DNA of 64,000 bases, from the IMG/VR virus record IMGVR_UViG_3300022602_000038, positions 76,721 through 140,720 of that record. One strand, 5' to 3'. The notes beneath the pieces are model-generated. The model searched no databases, was not told the origin of the DNA, and worked only from the letters and a program-made list of their open reading frames with translations. This DNA is from a virus. Position numbers and translations under genes: made by a program. Shown here piece after piece: positions 47,783-58,418 of the stretch; position 1 is the first letter of the stretch, and every line of letters begins with the position of its first letter.

Positions 47783-48964
47783 TCAAGAAAAATATAGTCT
47801 CGTGAACTCATCAATATGATCTTCTAACCAGTATTTAGATGCAACTTTACGAGCACTATCAGATTCTGTAAGGTAAATACGGCGATCCGATAAGACCTTT
47901 TTAAGTTTATCAATCATTTCATCTGCTGTATTGAAACGTAAAGGTGCTACCGGAGATGTATTATACGGTGTTAAATCTTGACATATACATGGTAAGCCTA
48001 GTGCACCAGCTTCTAAATACTTAATTGGTGCTTTAGCTAAATTAAATTTGTTATTTTGTAGTGGAGCGATAGCCGCGTTTAAGTTTAAACTACTAAATGC
48101 AGCAGGGTAGTTCCAAATAGTAGCCCATGGTGTATACTCAATGTCACCGCTTCTTACTAAGTGATGCAGTTCTTGAGGTACACCACCCATTAAAACCCAC
48201 TTAAAGTACTTAGATGTTTTAATAATAACATCTGCAATATCACCGAAGTCGTCTTTTATACCTGGTACATTGGCAACATTAAAGTGTGTGGGGCTGCCAA
48301 TATAACCTACCCTTGGACGTTTCTTATTTGCTTCGTAATTTTCTGTAATTTTTACTTTACTATAAAATCTGTCCATCCAGAACTTAGGCATGTAATTAGG
48401 TAATGTTATACCTTTTACCCCAGTTTTTTCTTGATAATATTTTGACATGTAGTCTGTAGGGGTTGTAATACCGTCACATAACTGCATAATCTTTTCAGCT
48501 GTTTGAGTTATAGTCGGATCTACAAACGCTTCTCTAGCTTTATTGTACAGTGGTATATCATCTGGATATATTACATCGTCAATATCATAGTAAATCTTAA
48601 ACTTGTTTGTTTTGTTAGAAACTGCCCTTAAATACTGTACAAATTGTAATTGGGTAGGAGTAACCTGTCTTTGTATTCTTACAGAACTAATTCCATCATA
48701 AAAATTATCCTGTAAAATCATAAAATTATTATTGTTAATAATTCCTAATTGATTGCCGTTTATTACTGTTTCTGGCCAATGAATTCTCCAGAAACCACAA
48801 CCTTGATGATCTGCAGCATAACTTACAGCTCTTTTAGTACCGCCTGGTAATCCTGTAACTGGAGCAGAAGGTTGTACTGTTTCATTTACTAATGGACTAC
48901 CAAAAGCAGGAGCTCCTAAAGGTAGTTGTGGAGCACCAAATACTCCGTTATTAAGATTTATCAT
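47783..48964 (-). CDS. Glycosyltransferase (GT-B-like)
   Basis: GCGFWRI.WP, YDIDD, LPNY, VGYIGSPTH, IAPL..N.FN.AK..IKYLE. Confidence 0.75.
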   Translation of the reverse strand: MINLNNGVFGAPQLPLGAPAFGSPLVNETVQPSAPVTGLPGGTKRAVSYAADHQGCGFWRIHWPETVINGNQLGIINNNNFMILQDNFYDGISSVRIQRQVTPTQLQFVQYLRAVSNKTNKFKIYYDIDDVIYPDDIPLYNKAREAFVDPTITQTAEKIMQLCDGITTPTDYMSKYYQEKTGVKGITLPNYMPKFWMDRFYSKVKITENYEANKKRPRVGYIGSPTHFNVANVPGIKDDFGDIADVIIKTSKYFKWVLMGGVPQELHHLVRSGDIEYTPWATIWNYPAAFSSLNLNAAIAPLQNNKFNLAKAPIKYLEAGALGLPCICQDLTPYNTSPVAPLRFNTADEMIDKLKKVLSDRRIYLTESDSARKVASKYWLEDHIDEFTRLYFS

Positions 48965-50771
48965 AGTTTGTAGTTCTAGTTGTTATGCCGTTTTTCTTTT
49001 CAAGATAAACAATTTCTCCTCCGATACAGTATTTTTTACTTTCTTTACGATGAGAAATGATGTAAATTGATTCATTATAATTATCTACTCGATCTTTAAG
49101 AATATCAAGTACTAACTCAATACCTTTCTCGTCTAAAGATGAGTCAAATAGTTCATCAAACATACTTAAATTCAACCACACATCTGCTTGCGCTCTTCGT
49201 ATATCCTGAAATGTAAAAAGCATTGCAAGGTCTATAGCTTTTCGTTCAGCACCTGAAAAATTGAAATAACTACATTCTACACCACGCTCATTAGTAATAA
49301 TTTCTTCGAAAAACTCATTAAATACAACAGTACTATTACTTTCTAATTTACGTAGATACACACTCAATCGAGTATTAAGAACTTGTAGTATCTTTTTAAC
49401 GATAAACGATTTTACGCCTTCTTCAGATGTAATAAGTTTAGCATTTTCAATAATATCTAGCTTTTCTTGTAAATTGACTGTACTGTTTTTAATATCTAAC
49501 TGTCTTCTTAATATCTTATCAATACTAACCTGTAAATCATTGGAGTCATTATTGAGTTGATCTATATCAACTACTAACGACTGCAACCAAGATTCAAGTT
49601 GTTTAACTCGTTGTTCGACGTTCTTTACCTCTTGTTTACGTAAAGTAAATTCATTTAATTTACGCTCCATAGCTGGTATAGCTGTATCAAGTTTATCTAA
49701 TCCTTTTTGAGCAGCAACTAACCGTTCTTTTTCTTTATCTCTTATTTCAGTATATTTGACTATTTCTACTTCACAGTCAGCTTTATCCTTTTCGTATTGG
49801 GTGTTAGCAGCTTCAGCTAAATCCTTACCGCAATAAGGACATTTACTATCGACTTTTTTAATTTTTTTAATACGGTCAGTATTAAATTTAATATGCGCTT
49901 CTGCTTCTGTTACGACTTTATTAATACCGGCTACTTTTTTATTATAACTCTTCTCAGCTTCTTTTAAAAGCTTTAGATCTGTTTCGATTTTTTCTTGTGC
50001 TTGAGAGTTTACAGGTTCAAATTTACTTAACTTTACATTTAAATCCTCAAGTTCTTTTTTGTTGTTTGACTGCCGATCCTGCAATACTTTTAATCTCTTT
50101 TTCTTGTTTTCTTCGTAAATGTCTTTCTGTTTAGTAGCATCTAATAAAGACCTTTCAGTTTCTTCAAACTTAGTAGTTTCAATATCTAAAGCTTTTTTAG
50201 TATCGTTATAATCAGATCTTACCTGTAATAACATTTCTCCAAACACTTCAAGACCAAGTATACCTTCAATAAACTTTCGCTTTTCTACTTTCTTTTGTGC
50301 CATGAACGGTATAGTATTATTAATAGACATAATAATACTATTTTGAAGTACTTCAGAAGAGGTCTTAATTGTATCTACGATTAATTCTGTGGTTTGTGGT
50401 ACACCAGAACGAGTAACATCTTCTCCGTTTACATAGAATAAACATCTAGTAGGATTAATTGTTCTTATGATTTTACATTCGTTTATTTTATCACTCTGAT
50501 AACTAAACTCTAATTCAACTTCACACAATTGATCCGGTGCTTGGTTATTAACTATGTTTTCCTTTTTAAGGTCTCGTATAGTACTACCATATAGAGCAAA
50601 GTGCACTGCATCTGCTATAGTAGATTTACCAACACCGTTTGCTCTATCAGATTTGTCGTAATTACGACCGGTAATAATATTAAGACCTGGTTTAAACGTA
50701 ATTTCTACAGGTTTCTTACCAACAGATAAGAAATTAGACAGTTTTATACGCTTAAAATAAACATAACGCAT
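48951..50771 (-). CDS. Recombination endonuclease ATPase subunit (gp46/SbcC/Rad50)
   Basis: NFLSVG, NGVGKST, CPYC zinc hook, FSGAE, DELFDSSLD, ISH. Confidence 0.95.
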   Translation of the reverse strand: MRYVYFKRIKLSNFLSVGKKPVEITFKPGLNIITGRNYDKSDRANGVGKSTIADAVHFALYGSTIRDLKKENIVNNQAPDQLCEVELEFSYQSDKINECKIIRTINPTRCLFYVNGEDVTRSGVPQTTELIVDTIKTSSEVLQNSIIMSINNTIPFMAQKKVEKRKFIEGILGLEVFGEMLLQVRSDYNDTKKALDIETTKFEETERSLLDATKQKDIYEENKKKRLKVLQDRQSNNKKELEDLNVKLSKFEPVNSQAQEKIETDLKLLKEAEKSYNKKVAGINKVVTEAEAHIKFNTDRIKKIKKVDSKCPYCGKDLAEAANTQYEKDKADCEVEIVKYTEIRDKEKERLVAAQKGLDKLDTAIPAMERKLNEFTLRKQEVKNVEQRVKQLESWLQSLVVDIDQLNNDSNDLQVSIDKILRRQLDIKNSTVNLQEKLDIIENAKLITSEEGVKSFIVKKILQVLNTRLSVYLRKLESNSTVVFNEFFEEIITNERGVECSYFNFSGAERKAIDLAMLFTFQDIRRAQADVWLNLSMFDELFDSSLDEKGIELVLDILKDRVDNYNESIYIISHRKESKKYCIGGEIVYLEKKNGITTRTTNYDKS

Positions 50772-50846
50772 TAGTTATAATATAGCTTATAATCCATTAA
50801 AATCTACTTGCTTAATTCAGACTCCCTGTATAAATACAGTCACAGT

Positions 50847-51596
50847 ATGACTGACTTAAAAGATTTAACTTTTTTAATAGCATTAAAAATCGATAGTGAG
50901 GATCGTCTTAATAATTTAGATACTACTATCAATTATTTGCAGTATCACTTTAACACAAATATTGTAATTTGTGAACAAGATGTACAGCCGAAAATAAAAA
51001 ACCGGTATAATTGTGAATACGTTTTTAGTGAAACTAAAGAGTTTTTCAATAGACAAAGAGGTGTTAATTTAGCTGCTAGAAAAGCCAAAACCCCTGTTAT
51101 TGTACATTATGATGCGGATATTTTATTAACCCCTAATCAAATTAAAAAGTCAGTTGAAATAATTTCAACAAAACAAGCGCAAATCGTTTACCCGTATGAT
51201 GGAAAGTTTTACGATGTACCTAAGAAATACCACTCGCAAATAAAGCAAACTAATAGTTTAGATGATATTAATTTAGCTGAATGTACTTTATTTAATCCGC
51301 ATTCAGTTGGTGGTGCAGTATTTTTTGATACTAATGTGTTTTGGGAAGGTGGCGGTGCTAATGAAAAATTTATAGGTTTAGGGTATGAAGATAATGAAAT
51401 TCATACAAGATTTAAAACGTTAGGCTATCAAATTGCTAGAGTGTCTAAACCGTTATTTCATTTAACTCATGAAAGAAAAGAAACCTCATTTAATTATAAT
51501 CCGTATCTAGACTATAATCGTTTAGAATATCTTAAAATTGAAAAAATGTCTAAGCAAGAGTTAATTAATGAAGTTAGTACCTGGAACTGGAAATGA
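50847..51596 (+). CDS. GT2/GT7-like glycosyltransferase (galactosyltransferase-like)
   Basis: R..N, EQD, FNR..G.N, YDAD, GG.NE.F.G.GYED.E, HL.H; start after TATAAATA at 50829-50836. Confidence 0.8.
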   Translation: MTDLKDLTFLIALKIDSEDRLNNLDTTINYLQYHFNTNIVICEQDVQPKIKNRYNCEYVFSETKEFFNRQRGVNLAARKAKTPVIVHYDADILLTPNQIKKSVEIISTKQAQIVYPYDGKFYDVPKKYHSQIKQTNSLDDINLAECTLFNPHSVGGAVFFDTNVFWEGGGANEKFIGLGYEDNEIHTRFKTLGYQIARVSKPLFHLTHERKETSFNYNPYLDYNRLEYLKIEKMSKQELINEVSTWNWK

Positions 51597-52402
51597 TTAC
51601 ATTTAAAGCATTAGGCCGCAACGGCAATACGGGTAATTCTTTGTTTCAGTTTGCTGCGCTCATATCTATTGCAAAAGATAAAGGGTATGATGTTAAGATA
51701 CCGAATAACCCTACATATTTTGATGTAAACTATAAATGTACTAATTATTCTATACTTGATGGTTTTAACATAAAAGTACCGTTTTTAAGTAACAATGAAT
51801 CTAATACAATTGTTAATACATTTCAAGAAAACGGTTTTCACTTCCAAAAAGAAATATACAACATAAAAGACAATACAAACTTATTGGGGTACTTTCAAAG
51901 TGAAAAGTATTTTATACACAACAAACAGTACATATTAGATAATTTAACGTTTAAGGATGAAATTATAGAAGCTGCAAAAAGTATTTTTACAGAAAATAAA
52001 ATAACACCTGAAGATACTACTTCAATACACATACGTAGAGGTGATTTTACTTCGAAGCAGTATTATCACCCACTCATGGGGCCTGAGTATTATGCAGCAG
52101 CCTCTAAAGCTACAGCGTCAAAGTATTATATTGTTTTTTCAGATGATATTGACTGGTGTATGAAAGCCTTAGGTAATAACGGCAACGTAAGATATTCCAC
52201 TAACAAAAACCCGTTTGTGGATATGTGCGCTATGAGTATGTGCAGTAACAATATTATTGCTAATAGTACTTTTAGTTGGTGGGGTGCATGGTTTAATAAG
52301 AACCCCAATAAAGTTATCGTGGCACCTAAAAAGTGGTTTGGTCCAGGGTACGCTGACTGGAATACAGCAGATCTATACCCGTCTACCTGGTTAACGATTT
52401 AA
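51593..52402 (+). CDS. GT11 alpha-1,2-fucosyl/colitosyl-transferase
   Basis: GN.LFQ.A, GYFQSEKYF, HIRRGD, FSDDI.WC, IIANSTFSWWGA, P..W. Confidence 0.9.
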   Translation: MITFKALGRNGNTGNSLFQFAALISIAKDKGYDVKIPNNPTYFDVNYKCTNYSILDGFNIKVPFLSNNESNTIVNTFQENGFHFQKEIYNIKDNTNLLGYFQSEKYFIHNKQYILDNLTFKDEIIEAAKSIFTENKITPEDTTSIHIRRGDFTSKQYYHPLMGPEYYAAASKATASKYYIVFSDDIDWCMKALGNNGNVRYSTNKNPFVDMCAMSMCSNNIIANSTFSWWGAWFNKNPNKVIVAPKKWFGPGYADWNTADLYPSTWLTI

Positions 52403-53570
52403 GTTGTATTTCGTTAAGAAAAGTAGCAAATTTTAATAAATCCCGCTCTTTTACTTTACTATGTAAACCTACATAAAATCCCTGATTATGCAGTAGTTCA
52501 CTATTAACAAAGTCTTTACTGTAATACTGCTTTAAACACGTTTGTCGTAAAAGATTACCGGATATAATAGGTCTAAATTCAATATTATTATCTAAGCAAT
52601 ACTTTTGAGCAGCTTTATAATGTTCTTTAAACCTAAAATATAAAGGTATACAAAAAGGTACATCTTCTTGACTAGTAAATGAACCGCCAGTTCTAACGTT
52701 CCAAAGCATTACGTTAGTGTTTGTTATACTTTCGTAGAAGTATTTGTAAAGTTCTACTCTTTTATCTTTATAAAACTCTTTTCTCTTTAAATCTAATAAA
52801 CCTATAAATGCATTGATATTAGTATTTCTGAAATTATTACCTAAAATATTAAAATCAAAACGAGAATCTACGTCTGGGTTTTGATATGTTTCTTTATTTT
52901 CTTTAAGACTACGTACCATACCATGATTACGAGCCATTAAAAAGTATTCATATTCCGTTTTATCATTAGTAAAAATAAAACCACCCTCTACACTTTGTAA
53001 TTGATGGCCAAAATAAGTACTTGTAGTGGAAGTAAAGTAACTTGAAACGTTTTTATGATTGTATTGACCAAGAGTGTTCTCACAGTTATCTAACATTATT
53101 TTAACCCCAAATTCTGCTTCTATCTTTTTAATACGGTCAATATCAGGTACAAAGCCTAACAAACTAGTAATAAACACACAAGCTACTTTATCTTTATTTT
53201 CTTTTAAATACGTGGCGAGTATGTTAAGATCTAAAGACAGATCATTAAATCCTATATCTATAAACTTCGGTTCAAACCCTTCTCTTATGAAAGGAGACAC
53301 TGAAGTAATCCATGTAGTGGAAGGAAAAATTACAACGTTTTTATCTTTTGTGTAAAACTTATCTTTAAGGTACATTGCTAATATAGTATTAGCAGTTGAA
53401 CCACTAGATACAAACACAGAGTATTTACTACCCACATAATCTTTCATGGCGTTTTCGTACTCTTGTACTTTATCTGCCATAGTCCAAAAGTTTTTCTTAT
53501 TAAGAAAAAACGAACATATTTGTAGTTTGTCTAAGAAAGTGAAATTTGATTCGTTAAGTGACCAGCCCAT
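52383..53570 (-). CDS. PLP-dependent sugar 3-dehydratase, ColD-like (DegT family with His at the Lys position)
   Basis: SSGSTAN, DNCE, STYFGHQLQSVEGG, RNHG..R, RPIISGN; no Fe-S Cys cluster; start taken at MGWSL. Confidence 0.75.
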   Translation of the reverse strand: MGWSLNESNFTFLDKLQICSFFLNKKNFWTMADKVQEYENAMKDYVGSKYSVFVSSGSTANTILAMYLKDKFYTKDKNVVIFPSTTWITSVSPFIREGFEPKFIDIGFNDLSLDLNILATYLKENKDKVACVFITSLLGFVPDIDRIKKIEAEFGVKIMLDNCENTLGQYNHKNVSSYFTSTTSTYFGHQLQSVEGGFIFTNDKTEYEYFLMARNHGMVRSLKENKETYQNPDVDSRFDFNILGNNFRNTNINAFIGLLDLKRKEFYKDKRVELYKYFYESITNTNVMLWNVRTGGSFTSQEDVPFCIPLYFRFKEHYKAAQKYCLDNNIEFRPIISGNLLRQTCLKQYYSKDFVNSELLHNQGFYVGLHSKVKERDLLKFATFLNEIQLKSLTR

Positions 53571-54483
53571 GAAAGTAATTATCAAAAGTTTTCTTTATTC
53601 CATCAGTTAATAGAGTATATTTAAAATCTGGAAATACATTTAAAAGTGCTTCAGATGATACATCTTTTCTGTACCCACCATCAGGTTTTGTACTATCCCA
53701 TTTAATTTCTAAGTCTGTTGCATCACATACAGTTAGAGCGGTTTCTGCAATTTGCTTTACGCTATATACTTCGTTAGTAGCAACATTAGCATTAGGGTAG
53801 GTGTTAGTAGTAATACAGCGATATATAATTTGTGCTAAATCATCAGCATACATAAACTGCCTTAAAGGTTTACCAGTACCAAACAATGTTATGTACTTTT
53901 CATTTCTCTTTTTAGCTGTAGCTATTTTATGTACTAAACTTGAAACAAAATGTGCTTTATCTCCAGTAAAGTGATCGTATTCGGAATATAAATTACATGG
54001 AATAAGATAATTATAATTTGTACCGTATTGTTTATTATAACTATCTATTTGTACACCTAAACATCTTTTTGCATACCCATACGAGAAGTTACTTAATGCT
54101 GGAGGTCCTAAATGTAGAGTTTCTTCTTTTAAAGGATACTGATTTACTGGTAATGTATCAGGATAAATACATGTACTTAAAATTCCTATAAAACGTTCTG
54201 CTTTGTACTTATAAGCTGCTTTTAGTACGTTTGTATTAATGTAAATGTTGTCTTCAAAAAACTCTACCGGGTTGTTAATGTTATCCATTATGCCACCCAC
54301 TTTAGCAGCTAAATGCACCACTATATTAGGTTTAAATTTATTAAACGCTTCTTCAACTGATTTATAATCAGTTAAATTACAGTTTTTACGGCTCAAATAA
54401 AATGTATTATAAATAGAACCTGATAGGTATTTACGTAGATGTTTACCTACCATACTTGTACCGCCTGTAATTAATATGTTCAT
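53554..54483 (-). CDS. GDP-L-fucose synthase / ColC-like epimerase-reductase
   Basis: ITGGTSMVG, HLAAKVGGI, STCIYP, YGYAK, PCNLY, GTGKPLRQF, KPDG. Confidence 0.9.
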   Translation of the reverse strand: MNILITGGTSMVGKHLRKYLSGSIYNTFYLSRKNCNLTDYKSVEEAFNKFKPNIVVHLAAKVGGIMDNINNPVEFFEDNIYINTNVLKAAYKYKAERFIGILSTCIYPDTLPVNQYPLKEETLHLGPPALSNFSYGYAKRCLGVQIDSYNKQYGTNYNYLIPCNLYSEYDHFTGDKAHFVSSLVHKIATAKKRNEKYITLFGTGKPLRQFMYADDLAQIIYRCITTNTYPNANVATNEVYSVKQIAETALTVCDATDLEIKWDSTKPDGGYRKDVSSEALLNVFPDFKYTLLTDGIKKTFDNYFHGLVT

Positions 54484-55274
54484 TTATTTGTAATAACTTT
54501 ACAAAGCTTGGCTATATTTTTTTGATTTATTTTTCTAATTTCACTTATGTTTATTACCTTAGGTGATATGTTAATATCAAAGTTAATATAATTCTGATAT
54601 GTAATTGACTCTATTTTATTTGTTACATAAGGTGTTGTACCACTCATAAGTGCTTCAACAATCTTACCTTTATTATGATATAAAATACCATTACCAGCTT
54701 CATCTCTCCCGGAAGGTACTATAACGCTTCCATGATATGTACTGACTGTTCTGAATAGTTTTTTAAAATCTTCAGCAATTAAACTATCAAACGTTATAGG
54801 TATATCTGTGTGTTCGTTTTTTAATTGAACAGTATTAGGTGGTAATTTTCTATTTAAACCTAAATGTCCATAATAACATAAATTACCTGTTTTAACTGGT
54901 ACCTTATCAGGAAACAATGCTTCATTCATAACATATTCAGAAATAATTGTTTCTACTGTAGGAAATCTATCTTTAAACTGTTTATCAAACAAAACAATTT
55001 TATCTAATAAATTATTTTTAATAAAAATATCTGGACCAGCAAAACCAAAAGGATCATATACTATATACACTACTGGTCTATTTTTTTGTTTACAATCATA
55101 TGCTTTTTGCAGACATTGTCTAAAAGTTGTAATATTTGCAGCAGGGTCTAAAACAAGACCAATGTCAAAATTGTCATCGTTATCGTTGACAAAAGTTAAA
55201 TTATTACGCAAACACGGTAACGTGTGTTGAGTATTAAATGGATGAACAAGCGGGTTAAGAAGCTTTATTTTCAT
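54480..55274 (-). CDS. Hypothetical protein, possibly glycosyltransferase-related
   Basis: Inside glycan island; YYG...KIVEALMSG resembles a GT-B C-terminal motif. Confidence 0.5.
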   Translation of the reverse strand: MKIKLLNPLVHPFNTQHTLPCLRNNLTFVNDNDDNFDIGLVLDPAANITTFRQCLQKAYDCKQKNRPVVYIVYDPFGFAGPDIFIKNNLLDKIVLFDKQFKDRFPTVETIISEYVMNEALFPDKVPVKTGNLCYYGHLGLNRKLPPNTVQLKNEHTDIPITFDSLIAEDFKKLFRTVSTYHGSVIVPSGRDEAGNGILYHNKGKIVEALMSGTTPYVTNKIESITYQNYINFDINISPKVINISEIRKINQKNIAKLCKVITNK

Positions 55275-56070
55275 ATATTGTTTCGTATATCCAGTCTTCA
55301 GCTAGTAAAAATTGTTGTGCAAGTTTAAAATTTTCTTTTATTGCTTGAGCCTTACTTGCATAATATTCAGGTGTACAAAGCTTGAGTTTTTCCTTTAGTT
55401 CTTCTAAAGTGTCAAACGTAATAAACCCATCTACATTAAAAAAATTGCCTATAGAAGGACATCCCCAATAAATCGGAATAGTACCTGTCATTAAACAATC
55501 GATAAGTTTTTCTGTAAAATAAAAATCTCTCTTACAGTTTTCAATAACAAAATGAAAATAATAGTTCTTAAGGCCTGTAATCTTGTCTGGTATAGGTCTG
55601 TAACCATTACCAAATACATCTATTTTAGAACCGCCTGCTTTAATAATAGTGTGTCTTAATTTATGACCAGGTAACTGATTCTTACCTGATGCAATAATAG
55701 AAAATAACTTATTTTTTTGTTCTGTATAGAGATTGTAATCAACTTTATCTATCCAACAGCCACCAAACGGTACGAATCGAGCATTACTAAGACTAGTTAA
55801 TAATTCCTTTTCATGTGTCCAAATTGTCTTAAACTTGTTGCTGTTTAATTTAACATATTCGTAATTTGCAGGAGATACACCTACTGATTCTAATAACCAC
55901 CCAATACCACCGTTACATTCAGTTAAATGATTGTCAGTATAGATAGTTTCTAAAGACGGTCCAGTATTACGATTCCACTTTATTTTGTCCGTAAATGTTT
56001 TAGGTGGTAACGGGTTATTACTAAACAAACAATGAGCAAATGTACTGTCTTTTAAATAAAGCTCTTTCAT
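55255..56070 (-). CDS. GT10-like (alpha-1,3-fucosyltransferase-like) glycosyltransferase
   Basis: S.K...GH.LRH, Y.F..VIEN, YFTEKLIDC...GTIPIYWG. Confidence 0.8.
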   Translation of the reverse strand: MKELYLKDSTFAHCLFSNNPLPPKTFTDKIKWNRNTGPSLETIYTDNHLTECNGGIGWLLESVGVSPANYEYVKLNSNKFKTIWTHEKELLTSLSNARFVPFGGCWIDKVDYNLYTEQKNKLFSIIASGKNQLPGHKLRHTIIKAGGSKIDVFGNGYRPIPDKITGLKNYYFHFVIENCKRDFYFTEKLIDCLMTGTIPIYWGCPSIGNFFNVDGFITFDTLEELKEKLKLCTPEYYASKAQAIKENFKLAQQFLLAEDWIYETIYENKAS

Positions 56071-56870
56071 ACTTTGTATTTTTTATAAATTGTTTTTAAA
56101 TTTTCTAATACAACGCTTAACGAAGTATCTTTATTTTCTACAGCAGACACACCATGAAGTTTTCTGTAATAATCAGAACCTTTAATCATATTTTCAGTCC
56201 ATATTTTAGTATGAGATATAGAGCTATTTTGTATTGAACCTGGTATTTCTTCTATTAATTCATCACTGTTAGCTACATCTGGAAACCACCAAAAAGCAGG
56301 TAAGAACCCAGTTTTAATGCCCCTTTGACAAAGCTCTACATGTTCCCAAGCGTTCTTAAACTTTTCATCGTGATAACCTACCTGTTCAATAAAAATTTTG
56401 TTAAAATAAGAAAGTGCACCTACACAATTTAAATTAAGAGCAACCTTTACGTTATTAGGATACTCTACAATGTAGCGAGCTTTAGCACTTTTATAATCTG
56501 ATGTTCTGTTTGCAGGTCCGTGGTAACCAAAGTTTAAATGCATGATACCCGATGCATTGGCAGTATCTATGTATTTCTGCCATATAGTAGGTGATTTAAT
56601 AACCATGTCGTTCTCTAAAAGAAATATATGATCACACTTTCTATTCATAAGAACCCGCATGGCATTGTTTTTAGCTACTCCTACAGTTTGATACGGAGGT
56701 CTATTGTTCATGATTTCAATATCAGAACTCAGTGTACCGTCAGGTATTTTAATACCATCATTAACTAAAATAAGCTCATCTACATTACCTCGATTCGTTA
56801 TTACACTTTCTACACATTTTTTTGTGTATTCAATTCTGTCACAGGCTATGATTGCAAGTCCAATTTTCAT
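56067..56870 (-). CDS. GT2-family glycosyltransferase
   Basis: IIACDR, LVNDG, VGVAKN, FLLEND, VGYHDE.F. Confidence 0.8.
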   Translation of the reverse strand: MKIGLAIIACDRIEYTKKCVESVITNRGNVDELILVNDGIKIPDGTLSSDIEIMNNRPPYQTVGVAKNNAMRVLMNRKCDHIFLLENDMVIKSPTIWQKYIDTANASGIMHLNFGYHGPANRTSDYKSAKARYIVEYPNNVKVALNLNCVGALSYFNKIFIEQVGYHDEKFKNAWEHVELCQRGIKTGFLPAFWWFPDVANSDELIEEIPGSIQNSSISHTKIWTENMIKGSDYYRKLHGVSAVENKDTSLSVVLENLKTIYKKYKV

Positions 56871-57919
56871 GTTTTTATAGATTTGTGGTAAAGTTCAGTT
56901 ATATAAGTCTTTACCTTATCTTTATTCTTAATATCAAGTAAATCAATGAATTCTAGTATAGAATTTTCAACACTTATATTAAAATTTTTAGCATTTGCTT
57001 CTTCTGCATTATACTTTGAAAGTTCAGCATAATCGTATTCTATAGTAAGTTCAGTAGGCTTTATAGATGATAGTTTACGTACTATTTTATCTATTACTTC
57101 TGGTTCTACTTGTTTATCCACATAAAACTTTATTATATTGTTCTGTATAATTGTTTTAAGTTCTTCTTCTTCATAAACTTCATTAACTATATCTGTGTAC
57201 TTTAATTTATTGTATTTAGGTGATATTGTATTTTCAATAAACTCGTATTTTACAGTTTCCAAGTCAAGTATATACAATCCTTTAGTGGTTTCGTAATCCC
57301 CCCAATCTTGTTGATATGGGCATCCTACATAAAGAACAGTACCTTCTTTATATTTGCGTTCTTCTCTATGATGGAAATGTCCAGTTATAACTAACTTGGC
57401 TTTACTCAACAGATCAGATGCTTTTAATCCATGAGTACATATCTTAAATGCATTCATCTTAAAACTATTAATTTCAAAATGGCCAAAGATTATATCACAT
57501 TCGGGTATCTGACTGACATCTTGTCCCCAAGGGCAGAACGCTATTTTTTTCTCTTGAAGATCAGCCACAACAAGAGTATCAACAACAGTAATGTTAGACC
57601 AGCCTCTGAGAATAGAAACTGAATTAATAGTACTGTTATCGCGATAAAAAGCATCATGGTTGCCCACAGTAATGATAATATTAAAGTCCCTAAGGACGTC
57701 GAAAATATCAGTAACATTATGAAGAGTATTAACAGCAATATCATTACGGTCATGAAATATGTCTCCTGGTATAATTATATCTTTTATGTTTCTTTGTTTA
57801 AATTGTGCAGCAGCCCACTTTGCATGTTCAAGAGCAGTCTTGTGCCATGTTTCGCTATTACGGTGAACTCCGTAATGTGGATCTGAAAATATCCCTACCT
57901 TAGATTTAATTAGCTTCAT
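56867..57919 (-). CDS. Recombination endonuclease nuclease subunit (gp47/SbcD/Mre11)
   Basis: SDPHYG, GDIFH, GNHD, GHFE, GHFH, YVG.PYQ; start taken at MKLIKSK. Confidence 0.95.
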   Translation of the reverse strand: MKLIKSKVGIFSDPHYGVHRNSETWHKTALEHAKWAAAQFKQRNIKDIIIPGDIFHDRNDIAVNTLHNVTDIFDVLRDFNIIITVGNHDAFYRDNSTINSVSILRGWSNITVVDTLVVADLQEKKIAFCPWGQDVSQIPECDIIFGHFEINSFKMNAFKICTHGLKASDLLSKAKLVITGHFHHREERKYKEGTVLYVGCPYQQDWGDYETTKGLYILDLETVKYEFIENTISPKYNKLKYTDIVNEVYEEEELKTIIQNNIIKFYVDKQVEPEVIDKIVRKLSSIKPTELTIEYDYAELSKYNAEEANAKNFNISVENSILEFIDLLDIKNKDKVKTYITELYHKSIKT

Positions 57920-58418
57920 TATTGTTACGTTTATTAGGGTTAACAGGATCATCCACCCCTACTTGTGGTCCTATAACACTATAAACCTCTTCTTGATATG
58001 CTGCTAAAGTATCTCTCATACGTTTTTCCTTTTTAATACGGCTTCTCCAACAATTAAAAGAAATTGAATTAAAATATGAGAATGGATTAGCTCCTTTATC
58101 AAATCTATATTTCTTTTGTTTTAAAGCATTAAACATATTAATAAGAGAATCTCCTATAGCATCTTCTTTAAACGTATAGTTAATAAAATTAGGAGCATGT
58201 GCAAGTCCATAAGCAATGTTCTTTATCATTAACGCAAGGTTATCAGAAATAACGCCAGATTTATAATAATTTTCAAGCTCTTCAGTGAAATCTTTAGGAT
58301 TTACATAGTACTCCTTTTTAGCTTTTACTACAGCTTTTTTAGTTTCAGATATTTCTTTCACTGGTTTTTCAGCTTTCGTTGATTTGTTTAATGGTGGTTT
58401 GTATGTTTTCAAGGTCAT
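57906..58418 (-). CDS. Late-transcription sigma factor (gp55-like)
   Basis: YYVN...F, IA.GL...PNFINYT, D.I.D, NPFSYF..I..N...RI.KEK. Confidence 0.9.
   Translation of the reverse strand: MTLKTYKPPLNKSTKAEKPVKEISETKKAVVKAKKEYYVNPKDFTEELENYYKSGVISDNLALMIKNIAYGLAHAPNFINYTFKEDAIGDSLINMFNALKQKKYRFDKGANPFSYFNSISFNCWRSRIKKEKRMRDTLAAYQEEVYSVIGPQVGVDDPVNPNKRNNNEAN

Noticed and set aside
52383-53570. Perosamine synthase-type aminotransferase or CDP-sugar E1 dehydrase
   Set aside because: Catalytic Lys is replaced by His and the E1 Fe-S cysteine motif is absent; ColD-like fits better
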